The position numbers and the translations under genes are program-made. A stretch of DNA of 64,000 nucleotides from Aulosira sp. ZfuVER01. Its GTDB lineage: Bacteria > Cyanobacteriota > Cyanobacteriia > Cyanobacteriales > Nostocaceae. The stretch covers positions 32,001 through 96,000 of the forward strand of contig JAVRCV020000048.1 of the NCBI GenBank assembly GCA_034530615.2, read 5' to 3'. Below the pieces are notes generated by a model. The model was not told the origin of the DNA and made no database searches. It worked only from the letters and a program-made list of their open reading frames with translations. This document shows positions 32,156 through 41,150 of this stretch, piece by piece. Within the stretch, counting starts at the first letter, position 1; each line of letters starts with the position of its first letter.

Positions 32156-34492
32156 TTGGGCGCTAAGGAGCATTCTTATCATAGTAAAAATAAGAGAGAG
32201 CGCCTAGATGAGTCAGTAATACCAGACAGGGACTCTCGCATGAATGTTAATCAATCCGAATCAAGTGTAGAGCTGAAACCACTATCACCGCCTTACTTTC
32301 TCTTCGGAACAGATATAGAGGATAAAAGTAGTAGTGAGCAGTTTCTACTAAGTATTTACGATTCTGGACAAGCATCTATTTTTGTAGTTGATGTTCTGGA
32401 AGATGGGGATTTTCGCTACGTAGCGCTTAACCCAACTCATGAACGATGGATAGGTATTCGCTCAGATGAACTCAAAGGTAAAAGACCAGAGGATATTCTC
32501 TCACCAATGGATGCTGCTAGGGTACGGCAGCACTATAGTGACTGCGTGCGCTTTGGCAAAACAATTTCTTACGAACAATGCTTGCAATTCCAAGGAGTTC
32601 CGACTTGGTGGAGTACGACTCTGACACCATTACGGGATGCTAATTCTAGGATTTATCGACTAATTGGGACTAGTAGTAATATTACTCCAGCAAAGCAGGT
32701 AGAAAGAGACGGGAGGCTTCAATCACAAAGGGCGCAACTAGTAGAAGCGATCGCTCAAAAAATTTGCCAATCTCAAGATTTAGAGACAATTCTGCAACAG
32801 ATAGTTAAGGAAGTGCGGAATCTGTTAAACAGCGATCGCGTCTTAGTTTACCGCTTCTTGGCTAATGGCAATGATGCGATCGTTGCAGAAGCAACTGTAG
32901 CTGCTAGCGGTTCGTTGTTGGATAAAAATATCACCGATCCTTGCTTCAGCAACAAAAATCGCGAACGCTACAAACGAGGCGGGATTCAAGTAATTGAAGA
33001 TATTTATGCAGCTGGGTTACATCCTTGCCAAATAGATTTCCTCGCCTCTTTGCAGGTTAGGGCTAATTTAGTTGTACCGATTTTGTTACAGCAGGAATTG
33101 TGGGGGCTATTAATTGCCCAGCATTGCTGTAAACCCCATCAATGGCAAGATACAGAAATTGACTTACTCAAGCATCTAGCAACCCAAATCGGAATTGCAG
33201 CCCAGCAAGCAGAACTTCAGCAGCAGTTACAACAGATTAAAGCTGAGATGGAGTTGCAAAAACAACAATATACAGCCGAGTTACAAAAAATTCAGAACTT
33301 TCAAACACTGACACGACGCATTACCGAACAAATCCGCGATTCTCTAGATGCGAGCCAGGTCATAGAAACAGTAATTCAAGAATTAGCCTCATTACTCAAC
33401 AGCGATCGCTGCCACATTGAACTCTATAGTAATGATTGCACCCTAGCAACCATTGCCTATGAACACACTAATAGCGCACCTTTCTGTCAAGGATTGAGCA
33501 AACAAGTTGCAGACTTCCCCGAAATTTATCAACGATTATTGCAAAAACAACCTCTGCATTCTGTAGAAATTTTACCAGGATGGCAACCGGAAATACGGTT
33601 AGTGACGCAGATAGCTTATCCAATTTTCGATGAGCAAGGAGTTATAGGCAATCTTTGGCTGATCCGCGCTACACAACAGCCCTTTGATGAATTAGAAAAT
33701 GGAATAGTGCAGCAGACAGCAAATCAATGTGCGATCGCTATTCGCAAATCTAGGCTGAGTGAAACCATCCAAACCCAGGTGAAAGAGTTAGAAACAATCG
33801 AACGCCTCAAAAGCGAATTTCTCCGCACCCTAGCTCAAGAACTGCGCACACCCATCACCAGCATTAGCCTTGCAGCCCAAACTCTCGAAAGCGTTCTCAC
33901 GATAGAAAGACTCTCAGATAAAGACATCGTGGCGCAATTGTTGCAAATTCTCCATAGCGAATGTGGCAGAGGTAGTAAGTTAATTAACGACTTGCTGACA
34001 CTCACACATCAAGAAGACTCACTTGATCCCCAAACCTTAATCGCCATCGACTTACAAACCTGGCTGCCTCCAATTGTCGAGTCTTTTAGAGAAGTTACCG
34101 CTTGCCAGCGGCAGCAGTTAAAACTAGATATTGAGACAGCAATACTACCTTTAGAAACAGATATCACAGAATTAGAGCGAATTATCACAGAACTATTGAG
34201 CCATGTCTGCAAATATACACCTGTGGGCGAAACAATCACAGTATCAGCGCAATTGATAGCAGATATAGTACAGATTAGTTTCCACAATTCTGGATTAGAA
34301 ATACCTGTCCAGCAAAGAGAAAGGATTTTTGAGCCGTTTTATCACCTTGCTAAAAACGACCCTTGGAAACATAGCGGCACTGGATTGGAACTAGCATTAG
34401 TACAGAAGATGGTCAGACATTTAGGTGGTTCAATTCAAGTAGAAAGTGTAGCAGGGCAAACCATCTTTATACTCAAATTCCCCAAAGCCTAA
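32156..34492 (+). CDS. PAS-GAF(DXCF cyanobacteriochrome)-GAF histidine-kinase-like protein with degenerate H-box (start uncertain, perhaps 32240)
   Basis: DRVLVYRF, DPCF, HPCQ, VRANLVVPI; LAQELRTP; GTGLEL. Confidence 0.85.
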   Translation: MGAKEHSYHSKNKRERLDESVIPDRDSRMNVNQSESSVELKPLSPPYFLFGTDIEDKSSSEQFLLSIYDSGQASIFVVDVLEDGDFRYVALNPTHERWIGIRSDELKGKRPEDILSPMDAARVRQHYSDCVRFGKTISYEQCLQFQGVPTWWSTTLTPLRDANSRIYRLIGTSSNITPAKQVERDGRLQSQRAQLVEAIAQKICQSQDLETILQQIVKEVRNLLNSDRVLVYRFLANGNDAIVAEATVAASGSLLDKNITDPCFSNKNRERYKRGGIQVIEDIYAAGLHPCQIDFLASLQVRANLVVPILLQQELWGLLIAQHCCKPHQWQDTEIDLLKHLATQIGIAAQQAELQQQLQQIKAEMELQKQQYTAELQKIQNFQTLTRRITEQIRDSLDASQVIETVIQELASLLNSDRCHIELYSNDCTLATIAYEHTNSAPFCQGLSKQVADFPEIYQRLLQKQPLHSVEILPGWQPEIRLVTQIAYPIFDEQGVIGNLWLIRATQQPFDELENGIVQQTANQCAIAIRKSRLSETIQTQVKELETIERLKSEFLRTLAQELRTPITSISLAAQTLESVLTIERLSDKDIVAQLLQILHSECGRGSKLINDLLTLTHQEDSLDPQTLIAIDLQTWLPPIVESFREVTACQRQQLKLDIETAILPLETDITELERIITELLSHVCKYTPVGETITVSAQLIADIVQISFHNSGLEIPVQQRERIFEPFYHLAKNDPWKHSGTGLELALVQKMVRHLGGSIQVESVAGQTIFILKFPKA

Positions 34493-34554
34493 AATATTTC
34501 TCTCTCTCTGCACTAGTAAAGCTGCCACCCATTTGCTATAATCACTTTTTGTAT

Positions 34555-34626
34555 GGGTGACTAGCTCAACGGTAGAGCATCGGACTCTTAATCCGCTGGT
34601 TCTGAGTTCGAATCTCAGGTCACCCA
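34555..34626 (+). tRNA. trnK: tRNA-Lys(CTT)
   Basis: GGGTGAC acceptor stem pairs with GTCACCC; anticodon loop CT-CTT-AA; GTTCGAAT T-loop; CCA not encoded; TGcTATAAT upstream. Confidence 0.95.
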
Positions 34627-35241
34627 CCTCCTAAAAATTTTTTAACCACTTAAATAGCGATGGCTTATCCTAAGGGAAACGCTGCACCAATGCTAACGCC
34701 TTCGGTGAACTTACTTGAGTAGATAATGCTGATATTGAATCGCGTTTTTCTTTCAAAAATAAACATGCGATCGCTCACGCTCAAAAAATGCAAGTTATCC
34801 ATAATATTAATGAATATATTGCAATTAGATAGTGTAATAAAGTTTCATCACCTGTAATGATGGATAAGTTCATAGTATTGTTGTTTATCTGTAAGGCGGA
34901 TAGTGTTAGTAAAGCGAGTCCGCCTGTTTACTTAGTACATGACAGCAGATAAACAATTTTTGGCAATTGTCATTTGTCATTTCTTTCCCTTCTCCCTGTC
35001 CTCTTTGTCTACCTTGTCCTGTTTCACGAGTTGTTGTCAAAAACCTACACTTTTCAGCTACTCCCTGTTCCCGACAGCGCCAAGAGCCAAATTACAAATT
35101 ATAAAGTTTTGCTGTAATTCAACAATTGCTTACATCCAGGTGAAAGTCCAAGTCTGGCAATGATCACAGGTGCGATCGCGCTTCTGAAAGTCAGGGTATT
35201 ATGTACTCGAAAACTATGCAGCATAAAACCTAAGGTTTTGC

Positions 35242-36267
35242 ATGAAAGTAGCTGTCTTCAGTACTAAAACCTACGATCGGCAGTTTTTAGAAGCTGCAAA
35301 TTCTCCCAAACAGCACGATTTAGTATTTTTTGAACCCCGGCTAAATCGAGATACCGCTATCTTAGCCGCCGGATTTCCAGCAGTTTGTGTATTTGTACAT
35401 GACCAGGTTGACGCCTCAACTTTAAAGATTCTCGCCTCAAACGGAACTCGCCTGGTTGCTCTGCGCTGTGCAGGGTTTAACAATGTAGATTTAACTACAG
35501 CAGCAGACTTAGGAATTACAATTGTACGTGTACCTGCCTACTCACCCTATGGGGTTGCAGAACACGCTGTAGGATTAATTTTGAGCCTCAATCGCAAAAT
35601 TCACCGCGCCTATAACCGCGTTCGCGAAGGCAATTTTTCCCTAGATAGATTGCTGGGATTCAACCTCAACGGACGTACTGTCGGGATTATCGGTACTGGC
35701 AAAATTGGTTTAATTTTGGGACAGATCATGAAAGGGTTTGGCTGTCACCTACTGGCCTATGACGTATATCACAACCCAGAATTAGAAGCGATAGGCGGAA
35801 AGTATGTAGAATTGCCTGAGCTATTTGCTAACTCTGATATCATCTCTCTACATTGTCCCTTAACTCCTGAAACTCATCACTTGATCGATAATCAAGCGAT
35901 CGCTCAGATGAAACCAGGCATTATGATCGTTAATACTAGCCGAGGTGCGCTGATTGACACCCAAGCAGTAATTGAAGGGTTAAAATCTGGTCAAATTGGC
36001 TATCTTGGTGTTGATGTATACGAGCAAGAATCAGAATTGTTCTTTGAAGATTTGTCAGGTGAAATTATCCAAGATGATGTTTTCCAGCACTTAACAACTT
36101 TTCCTAACGTGCTGATCACCGGACATCAAGCCTTCTTTACAGAAGAAGCCCTGCGTAATATTGCGGATACAACTATGGCTAATATTGCTGATGTTGAACA
36201 GGGTCGCCCATGTCACAATGAAATCCGATCTCAACCGCAGCCTGGAAATAAGGTACTGGTTAGCTGA
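35242..36267 (+). CDS. ldhA: D-lactate / D-2-hydroxyacid dehydrogenase
   Basis: LRCAGFNNVD, RVPAYSP, GTGKIG, NTSRG, ITGHQAFFT. Confidence 0.9.
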   Translation: MKVAVFSTKTYDRQFLEAANSPKQHDLVFFEPRLNRDTAILAAGFPAVCVFVHDQVDASTLKILASNGTRLVALRCAGFNNVDLTTAADLGITIVRVPAYSPYGVAEHAVGLILSLNRKIHRAYNRVREGNFSLDRLLGFNLNGRTVGIIGTGKIGLILGQIMKGFGCHLLAYDVYHNPELEAIGGKYVELPELFANSDIISLHCPLTPETHHLIDNQAIAQMKPGIMIVNTSRGALIDTQAVIEGLKSGQIGYLGVDVYEQESELFFEDLSGEIIQDDVFQHLTTFPNVLITGHQAFFTEEALRNIADTTMANIADVEQGRPCHNEIRSQPQPGNKVLVS

Positions 36268-36462
36268 TACCTGGTCTCTTAAAAGTCGCGTTTCCAGAGA
36301 CAAAACCCGCCACCCTTCGGCTTACTATGTCTTATACATGATTTCCGACTCTTTATTTATGCTTGGCTGTACTAAGAAGCGGAATCTCTGAGGCTATCTG
36401 GTATACATTGGTAAGGGAAAAGTCTCAAGACGAGCCACTAGGCGTCCGCGCTTTAACAGAGC

Positions 36463-38271
36463 ATGACAATAACCCTTCTCAACAATCGCTATCAAGTTAT
36501 TCAGGTACTCGGTGCTGGTGGTTTTGGCGAAACCTTTCTGGCAGAAGATACTCATATGCCTTCTCGCCGTCGCTGTGTCATCAAGCAACTCAAACCAATC
36601 AGCAATGATCCGCCAACCTACCAGATGATTCAACAGCGGTTTGAAAGAGAAGCCGCAACTTTAGAGTATTTAGGCAAAAGTAGCGACCAAATCCCGGAAC
36701 TTTATGCCTACTTTTCTGAAAACGGACAGTTTTACCTCGTTCAAGAATGGATTCACGGACAAACCTTGAGAGATGTTGTCCAAGCTAAAGGATACGAAAG
36801 TGAAACTGTAGTTCGAGAAATTCTCTTAAGTCTATTGCCCGTCTTAGACTATATCCACAGCAAGGGAATTATTCACCGAGATATCAAGCCTGATAACATC
36901 ATTCTCCGTTCCCCAGATAGCAAGCCAGTTCTTATTGATTTTGGTGCAGTCAAGGAAACTATCCGTTCAGTAGTGAGTTCTCCAGGATTACCTGCGCAAT
37001 CAATGGTAATTGGTACACCTGGGTATATGCCGAGCGAACAAGCTTTAGGACGACCAGTCTATGCCACTGACATCTATAGTTTAGGCTTAACAGCGATTTA
37101 TTTATTAACTGGTAAACAACCGCAAGAACTAGAAACCGACCAGCAAACTGGGGAAATTCTTTGGCAGGAATATGCTCCTAACATCTCTGTAAGTTTGGCA
37201 AAGGTACTAAATCAGGCAATTAAGCCTAATGCTGGCGATCGCTATACTACTGCCAGTAAAATGCTCTATGCTTTAGAGTCTGCCAGTTATATTGTTCCTC
37301 ACGCAGTTACCACAGCTACGACAGCTGCTGTCTCAATTCGGCAAACCCAGCCATTATATTCGCCGCAACCCCAAAAAATTACCTCTAGAAATTGGCAGAA
37401 GCCTGCTGTAATTGTCAGCAGTTTAGTAGTAGGTGGATTGATTGGTGGGTTAGTGATTTCTAGCATAACCCGCCAACCAGAATCGGCAGCACCTATCGTC
37501 AGTAATTCCACCCCTTCACCAGAATCATTAGGTACTAATCCCGAACCTACCGATACCCCAATTTCTTCCCAACCTTCCCCAAGCGCATCACCCTCGCCTG
37601 TGCAAGTAATTCCTGCACCTATTCCTCTTAACCCTAAAGTAGAATCCAATCCTCCAGAGACTACAACATCACTGCCAAAGAGAGAGCCTGTAACTTCTGA
37701 TACTCCTACACCAATCGCAACATTAGCACCACAACCAAAAACCGAAAATCAGCCACCTGTAGTTCCAACACCAGAAGTCCGTTCAACACCACAGAACAAC
37801 GACCAGCCTACCAAGTCAGCTAGTATTAGCAGGCAAACCGTTCCGGCATTTCCTACTGGTACACAAAGAAGCAGCGTGGAAGCTACTCTTGGCAAACCAA
37901 GGAAAGATTTAAGAGGCCTGTGGCCCAATACTCGGGCAGTCACTTATAAGGTAGTACCAAACCAAATTGACTTAGGTTACTTATTTGATCGTAAAACTGG
38001 AGCTTTGCGCCAAACAGAAGCAGCTTTTGCCCAATCGGTAGACCCCCAAGTAATGCAGAGTACTTTAGATGGAATGTTAGGTGGTCAAGCTACTGAAGAA
38101 ATTAGACAAGGACTACAACAGATACAACGTCGTCAGTCTGATAATTTCCAGTTTTCCAAAGGTTCGGTGAAGGGTCAGATTGTCCGTCAAGATTGTGATT
38201 TTATTTACATCAGTATTTGGGATGCAGACTTACATGATTTTGTCAGTCCGTCGGCGGCAAAACAGTGTTAA
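36463..38271 (+). CDS. Membrane Ser/Thr protein kinase with Pro-rich linker and extracellular domain
   Basis: LGAGGFG, HRDIKPDN, DFG, GTPGYMPSEQ; TM at about aa 316-335. Confidence 0.93.
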   Translation: MTITLLNNRYQVIQVLGAGGFGETFLAEDTHMPSRRRCVIKQLKPISNDPPTYQMIQQRFEREAATLEYLGKSSDQIPELYAYFSENGQFYLVQEWIHGQTLRDVVQAKGYESETVVREILLSLLPVLDYIHSKGIIHRDIKPDNIILRSPDSKPVLIDFGAVKETIRSVVSSPGLPAQSMVIGTPGYMPSEQALGRPVYATDIYSLGLTAIYLLTGKQPQELETDQQTGEILWQEYAPNISVSLAKVLNQAIKPNAGDRYTTASKMLYALESASYIVPHAVTTATTAAVSIRQTQPLYSPQPQKITSRNWQKPAVIVSSLVVGGLIGGLVISSITRQPESAAPIVSNSTPSPESLGTNPEPTDTPISSQPSPSASPSPVQVIPAPIPLNPKVESNPPETTTSLPKREPVTSDTPTPIATLAPQPKTENQPPVVPTPEVRSTPQNNDQPTKSASISRQTVPAFPTGTQRSSVEATLGKPRKDLRGLWPNTRAVTYKVVPNQIDLGYLFDRKTGALRQTEAAFAQSVDPQVMQSTLDGMLGGQATEEIRQGLQQIQRRQSDNFQFSKGSVKGQIVRQDCDFIYISIWDADLHDFVSPSAAKQC

Positions 38272-38656
38272 ATCTATGCAGACTTTTTTATGTAGCGACC
38301 TGCAAGACCATCTGAACAACTATAAGGGCGGGGTTTTCCTGCCCTTATTTCTAATACCAATTTGAAAAAAGAATGATTTATTCCAAACGGCAACAGGCTT
38401 ACTGGCTGACAGTCCAGATTCGTTGCTCATAAGTTTTTTAATAGTGATATGGCTTGCGATAAATAGTTAATCTATTTAAGCAACAGTTTATACTCAGATT
38501 CTTGAAAGCTGTTATAAATTGAACCTTAAATCATAAGGTGCATTAAGCTTTGCCATAACGCACTGAGATGGATGATGAATTACGGCTACTTTTTACTTTC
38601 TCAAACGCTCAATTTGTTACATGGTCGTAACACACGCTACTCCATATCAATATTTC

Positions 38657-38929
38657 AGGCTCAAACGTGCAACTTTGAGGATAAAAGGCGCAATTTCGAG
38701 GATAAAAGGCGCAACTTCGAGCCTCAAAGGTTCAACCGTCAGCCTTAAAAGCTCAACTGTCAGCCTCAGAGGTTCAAGCTTCAGCCTTAAAGGCTCAAGT
38801 GTCAGCCTCAAAGGTTCAATCGTCAGCCTCAAAGGCTCAAGTGTCAGCCTCAAAGGTTCAATCGTCAGCTTCAAAGGCTCAAGTGCTAGCTTCAAAGGCT
38901 CAATTGTTAGCCTTTAAGGCTCAAAAATG
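38657..38929. repeat. Tandem array of 13 degenerate 21-bp units, consensus AGCCTCAAAGGYTCAANYGTC
   Basis: Units counted directly, no indels; + frame reads (SLKGSxV)n (ORF 38621-38917), - frame reads (LTxEPLR)n. Confidence 0.92.
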
Positions 38930-39148
38930 GCTTGATGAAGACAATTTGCGCCTACACAAACAAAACCCGCCTTATCCCTCTTTTATCACTACGGGGAGAG
39001 AATAATACTCTACCCAATCTGAACCTTAGACAAAATCATCAATTGAGCGATCGCATGATCATTTTCTCATTTAACTTAGCTTGTTGATAAATAACCCAAT
39101 AATAAGACTTAGGGATTATTCTCTGCTGAAAGTAACAAAAGAGGGCTT

Positions 39149-39251
39149 ATACCATTTCACCAAAAATATGATGCAGACGCAAACCCTGGAACCTTTGCTG
39201 AGTCTCAATTTCTTAATTTTGAATTTTGAATTTTGAATTTTGAATTGGTAT
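39149..39251. repeat. MITE-like element containing (TTTTGAA)n STRR
   Basis: ATACCATTTCA ... TGAATTGGTAT terminal inverted repeats; related half-ends at about 19927 and 38355. Confidence 0.65.
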
Positions 39252-39330
39252 TACCTGGGTTTCAAAAATCTGTGTTTCAACCACAGGGTAGAGAACAGCA
39301 ATACTGTGCCCTTACGAAAAATCTATAATT

Positions 39331-39457
39331 TAGGGAACTCCAAGAAATAAATTATGCGACAAGTAGGGGCAGGGCACCAATAAAATATTGGTATTACCGA
39401 AAGTTTGTGGATGTCGTGCCCCTACAATTGAGTTATTTTTTATTTGTTAATCCCTTA
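39331..39457. repeat. MITE-like element with internal REP-like inverted repeat
   Basis: TAGGGAACTCCAAGAAATAA ... TTATTTGTTAATCCCTTA; internal GTAGGGGCA...TGCCCCTAC. Confidence 0.6.
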
Positions 39458-39557
39458 TCGGGATTTTGGTGAATTTGTTACACCTGGTTATCCCACCATA
39501 TTATTTAAATTGCTGGTGCGTTATGGCAGAACACCCAACGCACCATAATTTTCAGTG

Positions 39558-40031
39558 TTAGGTAGCAGAAGTTTCAGGTTGCTTTTTCTTAGGACGGCGG
39601 GTAAACCTGCGTCCCATCTCATCAATGACTGCGTCTAAACCTGTAACATCACCGCTAGCTTTAGCATAGTTGTAAATTGCTAATGCTGATGTATATGCTT
39701 CACTACCAGCAGCCATACAAGTGTCATCCACTAGTTCTTGCAGTTGCGTCAGCGATAGCAGTACTGGATACAAGGCTTCATACAGCCCTAAATCCCGCCG
39801 CATCTCTTCTAAATCAAAGGAACGGGGTAAAAAATCGGGGTTTTGTGTGCCTACTTCCAAGGCTTTGCTGACAAAAGCCCGACTTTTATCACCCATTTTG
39901 ACTATGGTGCGACGGTCTTCGGTTGTTAAATCAACTAAAAACGGTAATTTTTGCCGAATAGTCGCGATCGCTTTCATCACCTCATCCCGATCTGTTTGGG
40001 AAAATTTAGCACTGATATGATTTTCTGCCAT
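39558..40031 (-). CDS. Uncharacterised 157-aa alpha-helical protein with basic C-terminus
   Basis: Start MAENHISAKFS with AAGGAG RBS; LPFLVDLT, KMGDKSRAFV, NPDFLPRSFD, GSEAY...YNYAK, RRFTRRPKKK. Confidence 0.85.
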   Translation of the reverse strand: MAENHISAKFSQTDRDEVMKAIATIRQKLPFLVDLTTEDRRTIVKMGDKSRAFVSKALEVGTQNPDFLPRSFDLEEMRRDLGLYEALYPVLLSLTQLQELVDDTCMAAGSEAYTSALAIYNYAKASGDVTGLDAVIDEMGRRFTRRPKKKQPETSAT

Positions 40032-40108
40032 TTTTGGCACTCCTTGAGGACACTCAATCTCAGTATTCCCAAAGTTAAAAAGGCGATCGCTAAACTCAAC
40101 TGCATCAA

Positions 40109-40504
40109 TCAGCCTGAAATCACTGCGATACAATCAATTTCCACCAATACATCCTTCGGTAAGCGCGATACTTCTACACAAGCCCGTGCTGGCGCAGTGT
40201 CCTCCGGAAAATATTTGGCATAAATCGTATTTACAACTGCAAAATCATTCATATCAGCAAGAAATACAGTGGTTTTCACCACATCTTTAAAACTTGCACC
40301 TGCTGCTGTCAAAATAGCTTCCAAATTAGCCATTACCTGCTCAGTTTGCTTTTTCACATCATCAGTGTAGACAACCTGACCAATACGGGGATCGATGGCA
40401 ATTTGTCCAGCCACAAACACCATTTGACCAGAAGCCGCGATCGCTTGATTATATGGACCCACTGGTTCAGGTGCGTTATCAGTACGAATAACAGTCTTAC
40501 TCAT
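40109..40504 (-). CDS. ridA: RidA/YjgF family enamine deaminase
   Basis: [41 protein letters not shown]. Confidence 0.92.
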   Translation of the reverse strand: MSKTVIRTDNAPEPVGPYNQAIAASGQMVFVAGQIAIDPRIGQVVYTDDVKKQTEQVMANLEAILTAAGASFKDVVKTTVFLADMNDFAVVNTIYAKYFPEDTAPARACVEVSRLPKDVLVEIDCIAVISG

Positions 40505-40548
40505 CTTCTCTTCTCTCCGCGCCCTCTGCGCCTTGGCGGTTCGTTATC

Positions 40549-40980
40549 CTAACCCAATCTGGGACGTAACCCATAATGCCGATACTGCCAATAATCCCGC
40601 AAAATGCGATCGTGGTCAAAACACAAATTCCCCGGCACAAGCCAAGACTCAAAAATTCCGATATTCTTAGCATCATCACCTGCTTTTGGCTCACCCTTAG
40701 CTGTAGCCAAAAACACAATGCTAATTGTATGCTGACGGGGATCGCGGTTGGGGTCAGAATATACCAAAAATTGTTCAACCAACTCCACCTGCAAACCAGT
40801 TTCTTCCTCAGCTTCCCGCCGCGCCGCGACTTCCACAGCTTCGCCGTAATCCACAAATCCACCAGGAAGCGCCCAACCTAGAGGTGAATTATGTCTCTCA
40901 ATTAACACTATGGGTAGATGAGGACGATCCACCAATTCAATAATGATATCTACCGTTGGAGCAGGATTTCTATAATTCAT
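40549..40980 (-). CDS. NUDIX hydrolase (ADP-ribose pyrophosphatase-like)
   Basis: [33 protein letters not shown]. Confidence 0.92.
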   Translation of the reverse strand: MNYRNPAPTVDIIIELVDRPHLPIVLIERHNSPLGWALPGGFVDYGEAVEVAARREAEEETGLQVELVEQFLVYSDPNRDPRQHTISIVFLATAKGEPKAGDDAKNIGIFESWLVPGNLCFDHDRILRDYWQYRHYGLRPRLG

Positions 40981-41094
40981 ATGCAGTATTAAGTATTAAG
41001 TAGTAATTATGCGCTTTCATAGGGATTTGTTACATTCTGTACTTCTCTCACCATAGGCAGCTATTAAACCAGTCCCTACCGTGATAAATTCGAT

Positions 41095-41125
41095 GCGATC
41101 GCGTAGCGTGTCCATTAGACATCGC
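41095..41125. repeat. Small element inserted in a HIP1 site (SDR5-like)
   Basis: GCG-[atcgcgtagcgtgtccattagac]-ATCGC just before malQ. Confidence 0.55.
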
Positions 41126-41150
41126 TTCCTCCTATATCATCTGATTAAAT

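Noticed and set aside
34555..34700. tRNA-Lys as integration site of a genomic island
   Set aside because: No integrase, and no duplicated tRNA 3' end was noticed in the window
38627..38640. NtcA box GTAacacacgcTAC next to the array
   Set aside because: No TAN3T at the 22-23 nt spacing on either strand; the bare motif occurs often by chance
38657..38929. CRISPR array
   Set aside because: Units are contiguous 21-mers with no unique spacers, and no cas genes are in the window
40032..40133. 34-aa N-terminal extension of the 39558 gene
   Set aside because: It overlaps ridA, and a clear AAGGAG RBS precedes ATG 40031
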